From: Armatimonadetes bacterium JP3_11 | GTDB taxonomy: Bacteria; Armatimonadota; Fimbriimonadia; Fimbriimonadales; GBS-DC | Assembly (NCBI GenBank): GCA_002254605.1 | Contig: NKPV01000002.1 | Coordinates: forward strand, 1-57,224 | Direction: 5' to 3' | Length of the DNA stretch: 57,224 nucleotides | In this document: in pieces, positions 8,379 to 16,980 of the stretch | How positions within the stretch are numbered: the first letter of the stretch is position 1 | How the letters are laid out: each line of letters opens with the position of its first letter | Made by a program: the position numbers and the translations under genes | The notes under the pieces: model-generated | The model's input: only the letters and a program-made list of their open reading frames with translations | What the model was told of the DNA's origin: nothing | Databases searched by the model: none

Positions 8379-8477
8379 CAGCGTCTAAAATTCCCCGATA
8401 GGCTGAAAAATCCTGCTGAAAATTGCAGGAGTTAAGGCGCATGTGCCAAAATTAAAGCAAGTGATGGAGGCGTACTT

Positions 8478-9908
8478 ATGAGATTGAAACGATGGATTCT
8501 TGGACTATCCGCGTCGTTGTGCGTATCGGTGGCGATGGCGCAACCCCCAATCACTGAACCGTTGTTCACCGATGCCCCATGGCCCACTTGGGGCTATGAC
8601 ATGCGACGCAGCCATTATGTGCCTGATGTCGCGGGACCTAACACTCCTGCAGTGCGGTGGTTCCGTGTCGGCGGCGCTCTGGAAGAGCCAGCGATGCCTT
8701 CCCCTGATTCGCTGTGGGTTCCTCAACATCCCTCAACTGGTTCGCGCTACACGCGATATAGCTTTTATAACGCTTCAAATGGACGATTAACGGGCTCCTT
8801 CGGACCTTTCTGGGGGCAACCCTCCACGCCGATTTTCCTTAATGCCGCGATATTTATTGTGGACAGTAATGGCAATCCCGTGTTTCCGCCTGTCCCTTGG
8901 AATGCGCTGATGCTTTCGGGCGGGCAGTATGAGAGCTTGTTGTTCAGCCCCTCGCCTGTGTTCGGTATTCCCGATGTTTTTTGGACCATTCGTGGTTTCC
9001 CAGCCTATCGCACAGGCTTTGGCGCGTTCACCGATGGGTTTTACATCTATCCCATCTTCGCAGATAACTTCGGAAACATCATCATTTTGTATCTGGCGTG
9101 GTTTATAGAGGTGGACTCCAGTGGGAATATCACCTATGTTATCGCCGACTACGGGTACATCCCCTTTGACCAGATTCCCGCCGCGTCCCTGAGTACAGTG
9201 TCGGGGGCTGGGAACTTAGTGTTGCTGGGATTCCATAACGGTCTATTGCTGGCGCTCGATACCACTGTCTTTGATTACGCATGGTTTACCAATATCGCCA
9301 CGCTGAGCGATAATGGCAGTGGTCCCGAAGTTGCGTCTGACGCATTCGATCGTCCAATCGCCATCACTTCCGATGAACAGACGGCGATTGTGTGCGCCTC
9401 CAATAGTGGACGCGTTTATGGGGTCGCTATGGCGGATGGCTCGCGTCAGTGGGAGTACCAGGCAGGCAAAGCAATTATGGGCGGTCCTTCTATTGGACCC
9501 GATCCGAACAACAGCAACGAAGACACCGTCTATATCGTGGTGCGCCATTCCGCCACGCAGAGCGCCATCCATGCGATTCGCGCCGCCGACGGAGCCCAAA
9601 AATGGGTGCGATTGCTGCCGAATGTCAGCCGCTGCACACCTACAATTGACCAGAACGGTGTGTTGTATATCGGCGATGAGCGTGGCTTTTTCTACGCGAT
9701 TAACCCGAACAGCACGCTGAAGTGGCAGATCTATTTGGGCGCGCCGATTCGGGTTGCTCCTGTGCTGGCGGATGTCGGCGGTGTAGCCACTTTGTTCGTG
9801 GCAGCGTCCAATCGTTACCTCTACGCGATTGTCGATCAGTCCGCGCTTTCAACCGGCATTACGCCCGGGGGTGTTGTACGCACACCTGGAGGCGCGATTC
9901 CGCGCTGA
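8478..9908 (+). CDS. Secreted PQQ-like/BamB-like beta-propeller repeat protein
   Basis: Signal peptide MRLKRWILGLSASLCVSVAMA. Repeats of the type GRVYGVAMADGSRQW, IHAIRAADGAQKW, FFYAINPNSTLKW and YLYAI. GGAGG RBS. Confidence 0.7.
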   Translation: MRLKRWILGLSASLCVSVAMAQPPITEPLFTDAPWPTWGYDMRRSHYVPDVAGPNTPAVRWFRVGGALEEPAMPSPDSLWVPQHPSTGSRYTRYSFYNASNGRLTGSFGPFWGQPSTPIFLNAAIFIVDSNGNPVFPPVPWNALMLSGGQYESLLFSPSPVFGIPDVFWTIRGFPAYRTGFGAFTDGFYIYPIFADNFGNIIILYLAWFIEVDSSGNITYVIADYGYIPFDQIPAASLSTVSGAGNLVLLGFHNGLLLALDTTVFDYAWFTNIATLSDNGSGPEVASDAFDRPIAITSDEQTAIVCASNSGRVYGVAMADGSRQWEYQAGKAIMGGPSIGPDPNNSNEDTVYIVVRHSATQSAIHAIRAADGAQKWVRLLPNVSRCTPTIDQNGVLYIGDERGFFYAINPNSTLKWQIYLGAPIRVAPVLADVGGVATLFVAASNRYLYAIVDQSALSTGITPGGVVRTPGGAIPR

Positions 9909-9913
9909 TGCAT

Positions 9914-9943
9914 GCAAGGCGGCGGTTCTTTCTGCCGCCTTGC
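9914..9943 (+). terminator. Intrinsic-terminator-like hairpin after the propeller gene
   Basis: gcaaggcggc-(10 nt)-gccgccttgc is a perfect 10-bp GC-rich stem starting 6 nt after the stop. A T-run (atttt) lies 10 nt downstream. Confidence 0.5.
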
Positions 9944-9960
9944 AAAGTGTGATTTTGGGG

Positions 9961-9966
9961 TATAAT
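9961..9966 (+). promoter_or_regulatory. -10 element (gggTATAAT) of rho, giving an ~85-nt leader
   Basis: ggggTATAATtacgg sits immediately after the upstream terminator. Confidence 0.35.
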
Positions 9967-10049
9967 TACGGTACACTACTATCGGAGCGTATCCCCCTGC
10001 CAGTGCGACCTGCACGGGCGATAGAGTGAGTTAGAAACTCTGAGATCGG

Positions 10050-11456
10050 ATGGGAATTACGATGAGGAAACGCACACGCACCACTACTACCGAGGAACAA
10101 ACTGAGGCGCTGAACGATCCGACCCCAGTCATCCCGCAGACTAACGGCGCAGGCGACGGATTGGAAGTGGAGATGCGCCCCAAAACGCGCGAAACCCTCG
10201 ACTTCAAACAGCTCTGGCAGCAGCCGATGAGCGACCTGAGGCGACGTGCCAAACGGGTTGGAATCGGCGATGAGATAGAAGACAAGGCGGAGCTTATCTA
10301 TCACATCCTGCGAGCCACCGCTCAGGAGCCGGGCAGTGAATACGCTTGGGGCGTGCTGGAGATTTTGCCAGACGGATGGGGTTTCTTGCGCCGCCACCCG
10401 AACCTGCAAAGCGTCAACGAGGATGTTTATGTATCGCAGTCGCAAATCAAGCGCTTCGGACTACGCACAGGCGACTTAGTGTTCGGCGTGGCGCGTCCCC
10501 CAAAAGAAGGTGAAAAATATTACGGTTTGCTCCGCGTGGAGGCCATCAACGGCGTCCCCGCTGACGAGGTGCGCCGCCGAAAAGATTTCGAGCAGTTGAC
10601 CCCGCTTTATCCGAACCAGCGACTGGTCATGGAAACCACCCCTGAAAACATTTCGGGACGCATCATCGACCTAATTGCGCCTATCGGCAAGGGACAACGG
10701 GCGTTGATCGTTGCGCCGCCGAAAGCAGGGAAGACCACGCTGTTAAAAAATATTGCTAACAGTATAACTGCAAATCACCCCGAGGTTATCCTGCTGGTTC
10801 TGCTCGTGGATGAGCGTCCCGAGGAAGTGACCGATATGCGCCGCTCGGTCAAAGGGCAGGTCATCAGTTCCACCTTCGACGAGCCACCCGAGAACCACAT
10901 GCGCGTGGCGGATTTAGTACTGGAACGCGCGAAGCGGCTCGTGGAACAAGGGAAGGATGTGGTGGTGCTCTTGGACAGCCTAACACGCTTTGGACGCGCC
11001 TCAAATCTAACGACCAGCCCGAGTGGGCGCACCTTGTCGGGCGGTTTGGACCCCGCGGCGCTGTATCGTCCCAAGCGGTTTTTTGGGGCAGCACGGAACA
11101 TCGAGGAGGGCGGTAGCCTCACTGTGATCGCTACCTGTCTCATCGATACCGGCTCGCGCATGGACGAAGTCATCTTCGAAGAGTTCAAAGGCACAGGCAA
11201 TATGGAACTGGTGCTCTCGCGCGATCTGGCAGAACGGCGTATCTTTCCAGCCATCGATGTGAAACGTTCTGGAACTCGCCACGAAGAGCTGCTGTATACA
11301 AAAGAGGAACTGATGGCTATCTGGCAGCTACGACGGCTACTCGCCAATCAGGAAGACCTTGTGGAAGCAGCGGAGCAACTCATTCGATTGCTGCAACGCA
11401 CGAAGTCGAATCGCGACTTCCTGATGGAGGTCGTGGCACGTACCCGCGCTGGCTAA
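10050..11456 (+). CDS. rho: Transcription termination factor Rho with a ~45-aa hydrophilic N-terminal extension
   Basis: GVLEILPDGWGFLR (RNA-binding domain), Walker A PPKAGKT, and other blocks including LLVDERPEEVT and the C-terminal SGTR. An alternative start is ATG 10062. Confidence 0.95.
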   Translation: MGITMRKRTRTTTTEEQTEALNDPTPVIPQTNGAGDGLEVEMRPKTRETLDFKQLWQQPMSDLRRRAKRVGIGDEIEDKAELIYHILRATAQEPGSEYAWGVLEILPDGWGFLRRHPNLQSVNEDVYVSQSQIKRFGLRTGDLVFGVARPPKEGEKYYGLLRVEAINGVPADEVRRRKDFEQLTPLYPNQRLVMETTPENISGRIIDLIAPIGKGQRALIVAPPKAGKTTLLKNIANSITANHPEVILLVLLVDERPEEVTDMRRSVKGQVISSTFDEPPENHMRVADLVLERAKRLVEQGKDVVVLLDSLTRFGRASNLTTSPSGRTLSGGLDPAALYRPKRFFGAARNIEEGGSLTVIATCLIDTGSRMDEVIFEEFKGTGNMELVLSRDLAERRIFPAIDVKRSGTRHEELLYTKEELMAIWQLRRLLANQEDLVEAAEQLIRLLQRTKSNRDFLMEVVARTRAG

Positions 11457-11469
11457 GGAGGCGAAACCT

Positions 11470-12099
11470 ATGCGCGACGACGAACGCAAACGACGCTACG
11501 ACGAAGACCCGGATGACGAGTTCGAAGGTCTCTTCAAGGACATCGAAGAAGATGACTTCTACGATGATCCTGTTGAAGACGACGATGAAGAGCGCATCGA
11601 GGATATCGAAGCGCAGCTAAAACGGCTATTCGGGAGTGAGGGCAGTAGCGAGCTGGAAGAGCGTGCCGCGCGGGCTGATAGTGGACGCGAGCTGGAGGTG
11701 CATGTCACGGGCGTCTATGAGCGTATCGAACACGGTCAGCCGCGCGCCTTGCTGGTGCAGTTGCGCGATAACTATGGACGCACCGTCCCCATCGTGATTG
11801 GACCGTTTGAAGCGCATGCAATTGCGACCGCCTTGAACGATGAGACGCCGCCGCGCCCGATGACACACGACCTGACCCGCAACATTCTCACGCGCTTGGG
11901 AGTGAGTATCGACCGTGTGTTGATCGACGACCTGTGGCAAGGAACCTTCTACGCCAAAATCTACTTGCTGCACGGCGACGAGGAGATTGAAGTCGACTCG
12001 CGCCCCAGCGATGCAATCGCGCTGGCGTTGCGCTTCCGTGCGCCGATTTACATGGCAGAATCGGTTCTTGAAGCTGAGGGTCAGCCAGATGAGTTTTAG
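11470..12099 (+). CDS. Bifunctional nuclease (BFN/DUF151) family protein with a highly acidic N-terminal region
   Basis: C-terminal block VPIVIGPFEAHAIATAL...PRPMTHDL...GTFYAKIYL...VDSRPSDAIALALRF. The first ~80 aa are rich in D/E. AGGAGG RBS; 13 nt after the rho stop. Confidence 0.8.
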   Translation: MRDDERKRRYDEDPDDEFEGLFKDIEEDDFYDDPVEDDDEERIEDIEAQLKRLFGSEGSSELEERAARADSGRELEVHVTGVYERIEHGQPRALLVQLRDNYGRTVPIVIGPFEAHAIATALNDETPPRPMTHDLTRNILTRLGVSIDRVLIDDLWQGTFYAKIYLLHGDEEIEVDSRPSDAIALALRFRAPIYMAESVLEAEGQPDEF

Positions 12100-12126
12100 T
12101 TAACATAATCCCACTTATCGGACTCT

Positions 12127-12804
12127 ATGCGCGCCCTGTGGAACCGAATCGTTTTTGATGTCGCATATGTGTTTTTCAAGGTCTTCTTCGCGATAACTTT
12201 TCGGTTCCCGTTTTTTGTATGGCTGCGGATTGAAGAGCGCAGAAATGTGCCCCGACGCGGGGGACTTATCGTGATCGCGAATCATCTCTCACTTGCAGAC
12301 CCGCCTGTGCTGTGGTATGCTGCGCCGCGGCACCTGTGCTTTATGGGACGGCACGATATCCTCACCATCCCCCTCGTGGGAGCGATTGCTCGGCTTGCCA
12401 AAATGGTGCCTATAAAGCAACGCGCGCCCGACCGCAACGGGCTGAAACTCGCCATCGAGACGGTGCAACACGGCGAGGCGTTGGCGATTTTTCCTGAAGG
12501 GGAGCTATCAGAATCGCGCGACCTACAACCGTTCCTGCCTGGTGTCTTGCTCATTTTGCGCCAGACGCGCGCTCCTGTGCTGCCTGTGGGCATCGTCGGC
12601 ACAGACAAAATCCTGCCCTATGGCAAACTGGTTCCCAAGCCTGCGTTCGGAGTGGTCACAGTGCGCTTCGGCGAGCCAATCCCTGCCGATGCGATACTCA
12701 GATTGCCCACCCCCGAAGCGCAGCTGGCGTTCTTAGAGGAGCAGGTGGCGAAACTCTCTGGGCAGCGCCGATCGAGGGACTGCTCTCCTTGCCAGCAGCC
12801 GTAG
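12127..12804 (+). CDS. plsC: 1-acyl-sn-glycerol-3-phosphate acyltransferase family
   Basis: HxxxxD motif (NHLSLAD) and the FPEG motif (IFPEGE). Confidence 0.85.
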   Translation: MRALWNRIVFDVAYVFFKVFFAITFRFPFFVWLRIEERRNVPRRGGLIVIANHLSLADPPVLWYAAPRHLCFMGRHDILTIPLVGAIARLAKMVPIKQRAPDRNGLKLAIETVQHGEALAIFPEGELSESRDLQPFLPGVLLILRQTRAPVLPVGIVGTDKILPYGKLVPKPAFGVVTVRFGEPIPADAILRLPTPEAQLAFLEEQVAKLSGQRRSRDCSPCQQP

Positions 12805-12842
12805 CCACACCGTGTAGACATACGATGTTTTGGCATGAGAGG

Positions 12843-12848
12843 TACAAT
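12843..12848 (+). promoter_or_regulatory. -10 element (aggTACAAT) upstream of the 12900 operon
   Basis: gagAGGTACAATtagg lies 51 nt upstream of ATG 12900. Confidence 0.35.
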
Positions 12849-12899
12849 TAGGTTGTTGCTAGAGATAACTTGCGACTTGCAGCAGAGTGAGAGGCAAAG

Positions 12900-13931
12900 A
12901 TGGACGCTCAAGCCCGTTCAGGCGATTGGCGCGTAGCCACCTTAGGAACAGCGATAGTGCAATCGCGCTTTCGCACCCTTTCGCGTCCTGCCACGCCGTT
13001 TGAGCTGATGGACGACGCGGTCAGCTACTATCGGGAGAACTTCAAGCCACTGTTTCGCATTTCGCTTTGGGTGTATCTCATCCCAATAGTCTTCTCCCTA
13101 CTGTTGCTGGCGCCGATGGTCTACTTTGATGCGATTTCAGCGGGCAACCCACTTGTTTCGTTGCTTTTGGACTATTTGGGGCTGTTTTTACTGCTGCCAT
13201 ATCTCTTTGTTGCGCCGATTGTTCAAGCGGCGTTCACGACCCTTGCCTTCCGGATGATCGCCCTCGGCGAGCCGATTACCTTCCACTCGCTCTGGGAGCG
13301 GTTGAAGCCGCGTTTTTGGTATCTCATTGCAAACCAATTCTTGGCGCTGCTGGCGCTTAGTGGGCTATATACGGTGCTCTTTCTGGGCTACTTTTTGCTT
13401 GTATTGGCAGCTCTATTTGGCGCAGCATCACTCGCAGGGAACAGCCCCACGCTCGGAATAATTTTGGTATCTACCCTGTTGCTAATCATCACGGTTCCGA
13501 CTTTAGTGTTGGCGGCGCTGATTAATGTCTGGTTCCTGGTTTTACCGCAGATTGTGGTTCTGGAGGAGAATACCGACGCCATCACGGCGTTCTCCCGCGC
13601 ATTGGCGCTGGTACGTCCTAACCTGAAGCATGCGGTGCTGAGCTGTCTGGCGTTTTGGGGCGCACAGGCGGTGTTTATGTTATCGGTAATGTTCCTCTCG
13701 TTCCTGGTTCTTGGCATCGTGATGGGGATCATCGCCATCTATGCCGATCCAGAACAGATTTTCACGCGCTGGTGGCTCACGATAAATCAACTTTACGAAT
13801 CGCTCTCTTATGTCGCTTATATGTTCGTTATGCCTGCGATGTATCTGACCAGCATTCTGCTCTATTTTGATTTGCGGTATCGGAACGAGGGGCTGGACAT
13901 TTATGAGATTTTGCAGCGTGGCGAGGGTTAA
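12900..13931 (+). CDS. Polytopic membrane protein of unknown function (first gene of the DUF4129/DUF4350 cluster)
   Basis: About 6-8 hydrophobic helices. It overlaps the next gene by 29 nt. Confidence 0.6.
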   Translation: MDAQARSGDWRVATLGTAIVQSRFRTLSRPATPFELMDDAVSYYRENFKPLFRISLWVYLIPIVFSLLLLAPMVYFDAISAGNPLVSLLLDYLGLFLLLPYLFVAPIVQAAFTTLAFRMIALGEPITFHSLWERLKPRFWYLIANQFLALLALSGLYTVLFLGYFLLVLAALFGAASLAGNSPTLGIILVSTLLLIITVPTLVLAALINVWFLVLPQIVVLEENTDAITAFSRALALVRPNLKHAVLSCLAFWGAQAVFMLSVMFLSFLVLGIVMGIIAIYADPEQIFTRWWLTINQLYESLSYVAYMFVMPAMYLTSILLYFDLRYRNEGLDIYEILQRGEG

Positions 13932-14937
13932 CTGCTTTTTGCTGGTCGCCTCCCTGCTCTGGAGTTGGGCTTTTACCACAGAGCCGGGCGACGCCATGCT
14001 GCAGGCGCAGAGCGAGTTGGAGCAGGCACAACGCGCTCGCCCTGTGGAACGAAAATTTTTCCTGCAGGAGGCGAAGCGTGCACTTGCTCCACTGCCTGCT
14101 GAAGCACGCGCAACTTTGGAAAAACAGATTGAGAATGCCTCCAAAAGCAACGACTTAGCCTCCATCGAGCGCGCCCTAAGCAGTGTGGAGGCGTATCGTG
14201 CGACACTTGAGCCGTCCCCTTCCCCCTCCCCTGCCCCACAAGCGGTCAAGGCGCAACTGGAGCGAATTTTCGCGGAGCCTGATATGCAGGTTCCGCCTAA
14301 GTCGCTCATAGAGCGCGCCTCTGAGGCGTTTCTGCGCGCAATTGAGAGCCTTGTTCGTTGGGTGCAGCGACTGCTCGGCGGCGTGGGTCTGCGGCGCTTA
14401 GGCGGTTTAGAGCCATTTTTGCAGGGGATCGTGATTGTGTTGTTGGTGCTTACGGTAGGTCTGGCGGTGTCTTATCTAATGGGGCGTGTGCGCTTATCGA
14501 GGCGGGCGAGAAGCACTCCCCTGCCCCTTGAGGCGGCGTTTCATGACGCCCGTTCTATGAGCGCGTTGGAGTGGCGCGAGTTGGCGCGACGGCTTGCGTT
14601 TGAAAAGAACTGGCAGCTGGCGGCGCGCGCTTGCTATCTTGGTATCTTGCGCCTGCTCCATGAGACTCGTTTGCTGGACTATGACCCCGCGCTCACCAAC
14701 TGGGAACATCTGCAGCGGCTGCGTCAGCCGCTCCCGTTTCGCTCCGCCTCCTCCTCTACTCCCCTGCCCGACCCTGCTTTGCGTGAAGAGGTGTACAAGG
14801 TGCTTCATCCCCTGACCCTGCAGTTTGACGCGCTCTGGTACGGCGGTATGACGCCCGACGAGCGCGTTTATCGTCAGTTTGACGAGTCGTTTGAGAAGCT
14901 CCTTGGGAGGCTTACGGCGCATGCGGTTTCTGCGTGA
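13903..14937 (+). CDS. DUF4129-like protein (signal/anchor N-terminus, internal TM)
   Basis: The start was chosen at MRFCSVARVNCFLLVASLLWS. The C-terminal block ...EKNWQLAARACYLGILRLLHETRLLDYDPALTNWEH matches my recollection of the DUF4129 signature. Confidence 0.65.
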   Translation: MRFCSVARVNCFLLVASLLWSWAFTTEPGDAMLQAQSELEQAQRARPVERKFFLQEAKRALAPLPAEARATLEKQIENASKSNDLASIERALSSVEAYRATLEPSPSPSPAPQAVKAQLERIFAEPDMQVPPKSLIERASEAFLRAIESLVRWVQRLLGGVGLRRLGGLEPFLQGIVIVLLVLTVGLAVSYLMGRVRLSRRARSTPLPLEAAFHDARSMSALEWRELARRLAFEKNWQLAARACYLGILRLLHETRLLDYDPALTNWEHLQRLRQPLPFRSASSSTPLPDPALREEVYKVLHPLTLQFDALWYGGMTPDERVYRQFDESFEKLLGRLTAHAVSA

Positions 14938-16102
14938 GCGGTTCGGGCTGATTGTGCTGATAGGCGTCGTGGTGGCGTTGCTGCTCTACTCGCTCCAGTT
15001 GGCGCAGCAGGCACGCGACCCACGCTATGCCGCCCTACCTCTCAGCTACAGCCAGCACCGTCGTGGCGTGAAAGGGCTGGCTCGCCTGCTGGAACGCAAC
15101 GGCTACATCGTGCGCTCGCACAAACGCACCTTCAGGCATCTGCCTCGCGATGCGGATATGCTGGTAGTTTTTCCGCCACCGTTGGTCATCAATGTGGGGG
15201 GTGATGAAGGCGGATGGACCGAAGAAGATGCGGAATTCTTAGATGCTTGGCTGCGGCGAGGCGGGCGTCTGCTTTTATTGAGCGGTGACGACCGCCTCCC
15301 CGAAAGCCTCAAGGAGGACGCCAATCGCCGACTGCCCTCCTTTCAATTCCCTGTGGAGCGTTTTTTGGAGGCGCGTGCTACTCTGCCCTTGCCTTGGGCA
15401 GAAGGGATCTCTATAGTCAAGCTGGGGGACCAACGAGTTTCGCTGTCGCCGCGCTCGGAACGGTGGGTTCCCCTGCTCCACGCAGGCGGCGCGATTGAGG
15501 CCGCGCTCTGGTACTACGGCGATGGCGTCGTCTTTGAGTGCACCGACTGGCTTTGGCTCACGAACGAGCACCTCCGTGAGGCGGATAACGGCGCGTTTAT
15601 TCTGGCAGTCGTGCGGAAGTTGCTCCCTGAAGGTGGGGTCATCTACTTTGACGATGCGGGTCAAGGCGATTTGATTCGGGAGCGCGAGGTGCGTGGCTTC
15701 TGGGGCATCGCGCCGTGGGGGGTGCGGATTGCCTTCGCGCATCTGCTGGTATTGACGGCTCTTGTGATGTACTCGGTAGGAAAGCGGTTTGGTCTTCCCC
15801 GCCCTGCTCCCGCGCGTGCGCCTGCGTTGGGCGAGTATGTTGAGGCGCTGGCGAGCGTTTACGAGCGCGCTCAGGCGACTCAACCCGCCTTAGAGACGAT
15901 TCTGGAGGATGTGCGCCGTCGCCTCTGTCGGCGGCTTGGCTTGCCTGCTGGCGCGACCCTATTGCAACTCATCCAAGCACTGCCACCCGACGCGCCCTTA
16001 CGCGACGCGCTGACAGAGGCGCATCGGGCTCTGCAAGCGCCTCGCCTCTCGGCAGAAGAGGCAATCAAGATTCTCAAGAAATTGGAAACAGAGCGACCTT
16101 AA
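14921..16102 (+). CDS. DUF4350-like protein
   Basis: The start was chosen at MRFLRERFGLIVLIGVVVALLLY, after GGGAGG and overlapping the upstream stop. Blocks such as WLRRGGRLLLL and VIYFDDAGQG are typical of DUF4350, by memory. Confidence 0.6.
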   Translation: MRFLRERFGLIVLIGVVVALLLYSLQLAQQARDPRYAALPLSYSQHRRGVKGLARLLERNGYIVRSHKRTFRHLPRDADMLVVFPPPLVINVGGDEGGWTEEDAEFLDAWLRRGGRLLLLSGDDRLPESLKEDANRRLPSFQFPVERFLEARATLPLPWAEGISIVKLGDQRVSLSPRSERWVPLLHAGGAIEAALWYYGDGVVFECTDWLWLTNEHLREADNGAFILAVVRKLLPEGGVIYFDDAGQGDLIREREVRGFWGIAPWGVRIAFAHLLVLTALVMYSVGKRFGLPRPAPARAPALGEYVEALASVYERAQATQPALETILEDVRRRLCRRLGLPAGATLLQLIQALPPDAPLRDALTEAHRALQAPRLSAEEAIKILKKLETERP

Positions 16103-16151
16103 CCCCCCAATTAGGACTAAAGTCCCTATTCTCTTGAGGTGCTTGCTTCGT

Positions 16152-16157
16152 CATAAT
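16152..16157 (+). promoter_or_regulatory. -10-like element (CATAAT) 4/7 nt upstream of ATGATG 16162
   Basis: cgtCATAATcagtATGATG. There is no SD sequence, which is compatible with a leaderless mRNA. Confidence 0.3.
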
Positions 16158-16161
16158 CAGT

Positions 16162-16980
16162 ATGATGGACGCCGTGTTGATTGCGGGGGGGCGTGCGCGT
16201 GCGCCGCTGGCGGCGCTCGCAGGTCACCCGATCAAGGGGTTATTTCAGTTCGGGCATGCAACCCAGGTGGCGCGGGTCGTTTGCGCTCTTCAACAGAGCG
16301 GAGTGGAGCGAATTGCGGTAGTCGGGTCGGAGCTTTTGTTGCACGCTCTGAAGCCGTCTCGTGCTGAACTCCTGTTCGTTTCGGAGGGGGCTGACCCGAT
16401 AGACAATCTCTTGCGCGGTGTGGAGCGGTTGGGTTTGTCATCCGGGTCGCAGTTTCTGCACTGTGCTGTGGACCTACCCATGATTACGGGCGACGCCGTG
16501 TGTGAATTCATTCATGCCGCGCCCTCTGACGCTGATGTGGTGGTGGGGTGGACATCGGAAGCGGCGTTTGTGCAGATGTTTCCCGGCGCGCCCTACACGG
16601 CGTTGCAATTTGCCGAAGGGCGGCTCCTCAGCGCCTCGGTGAGTGTCTTGCGTGTGGGGTTCTTAGAATCGCAGGCTCCCCTGCTTCATCGGTTGGCGCG
16701 TGTGCGGAAGTCAGCAGTCCGCGTTGCGTTCACACTTACGCGTGCGTTTCACTACCATTTGATAACGCTGGGCATACCGCTTATGGCGCAATTCCTCACG
16801 GGGCGATTAGCGTTGAGCCGAGTTGCTTCACTGGCGGAGCGTTTGTTGGGGGCGCGTCTCTATTTCAACCTCGATGCCCCTCCTGAACTGACCTACGATG
16901 TGGACACCGAAGAAGACTTCCGCTACGCGCAGGCGTGGCTCCGTGCGCATAACAGGTATACTTTTTCCCCGAAGACCTGA
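16162..16980 (+). CDS. MobA-like NTP-transferase family protein
   Basis: The N-terminal AVLIAGGRA...P motif is typical of the nucleotidyltransferase fold. Confidence 0.6.
   Translation: MMDAVLIAGGRARAPLAALAGHPIKGLFQFGHATQVARVVCALQQSGVERIAVVGSELLLHALKPSRAELLFVSEGADPIDNLLRGVERLGLSSGSQFLHCAVDLPMITGDAVCEFIHAAPSDADVVVGWTSEAAFVQMFPGAPYTALQFAEGRLLSASVSVLRVGFLESQAPLLHRLARVRKSAVRVAFTLTRAFHYHLITLGIPLMAQFLTGRLALSRVASLAERLLGARLYFNLDAPPELTYDVDTEEDFRYAQAWLRAHNRYTFSPKT

Noticed and set aside
8402-8429. A direct repeat gctgaaaa(N5)gctgaaaa and a small hairpin (cctgc..gcagg) in the divergent 8379-8477 intergenic region, as a possible operator.
   Set aside because: The elements are very short (8 nt and 5 bp) and AT-rich. 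They have no second copy elsewhere in the window and no adjacent regulator gene, so the evidence is insufficient.
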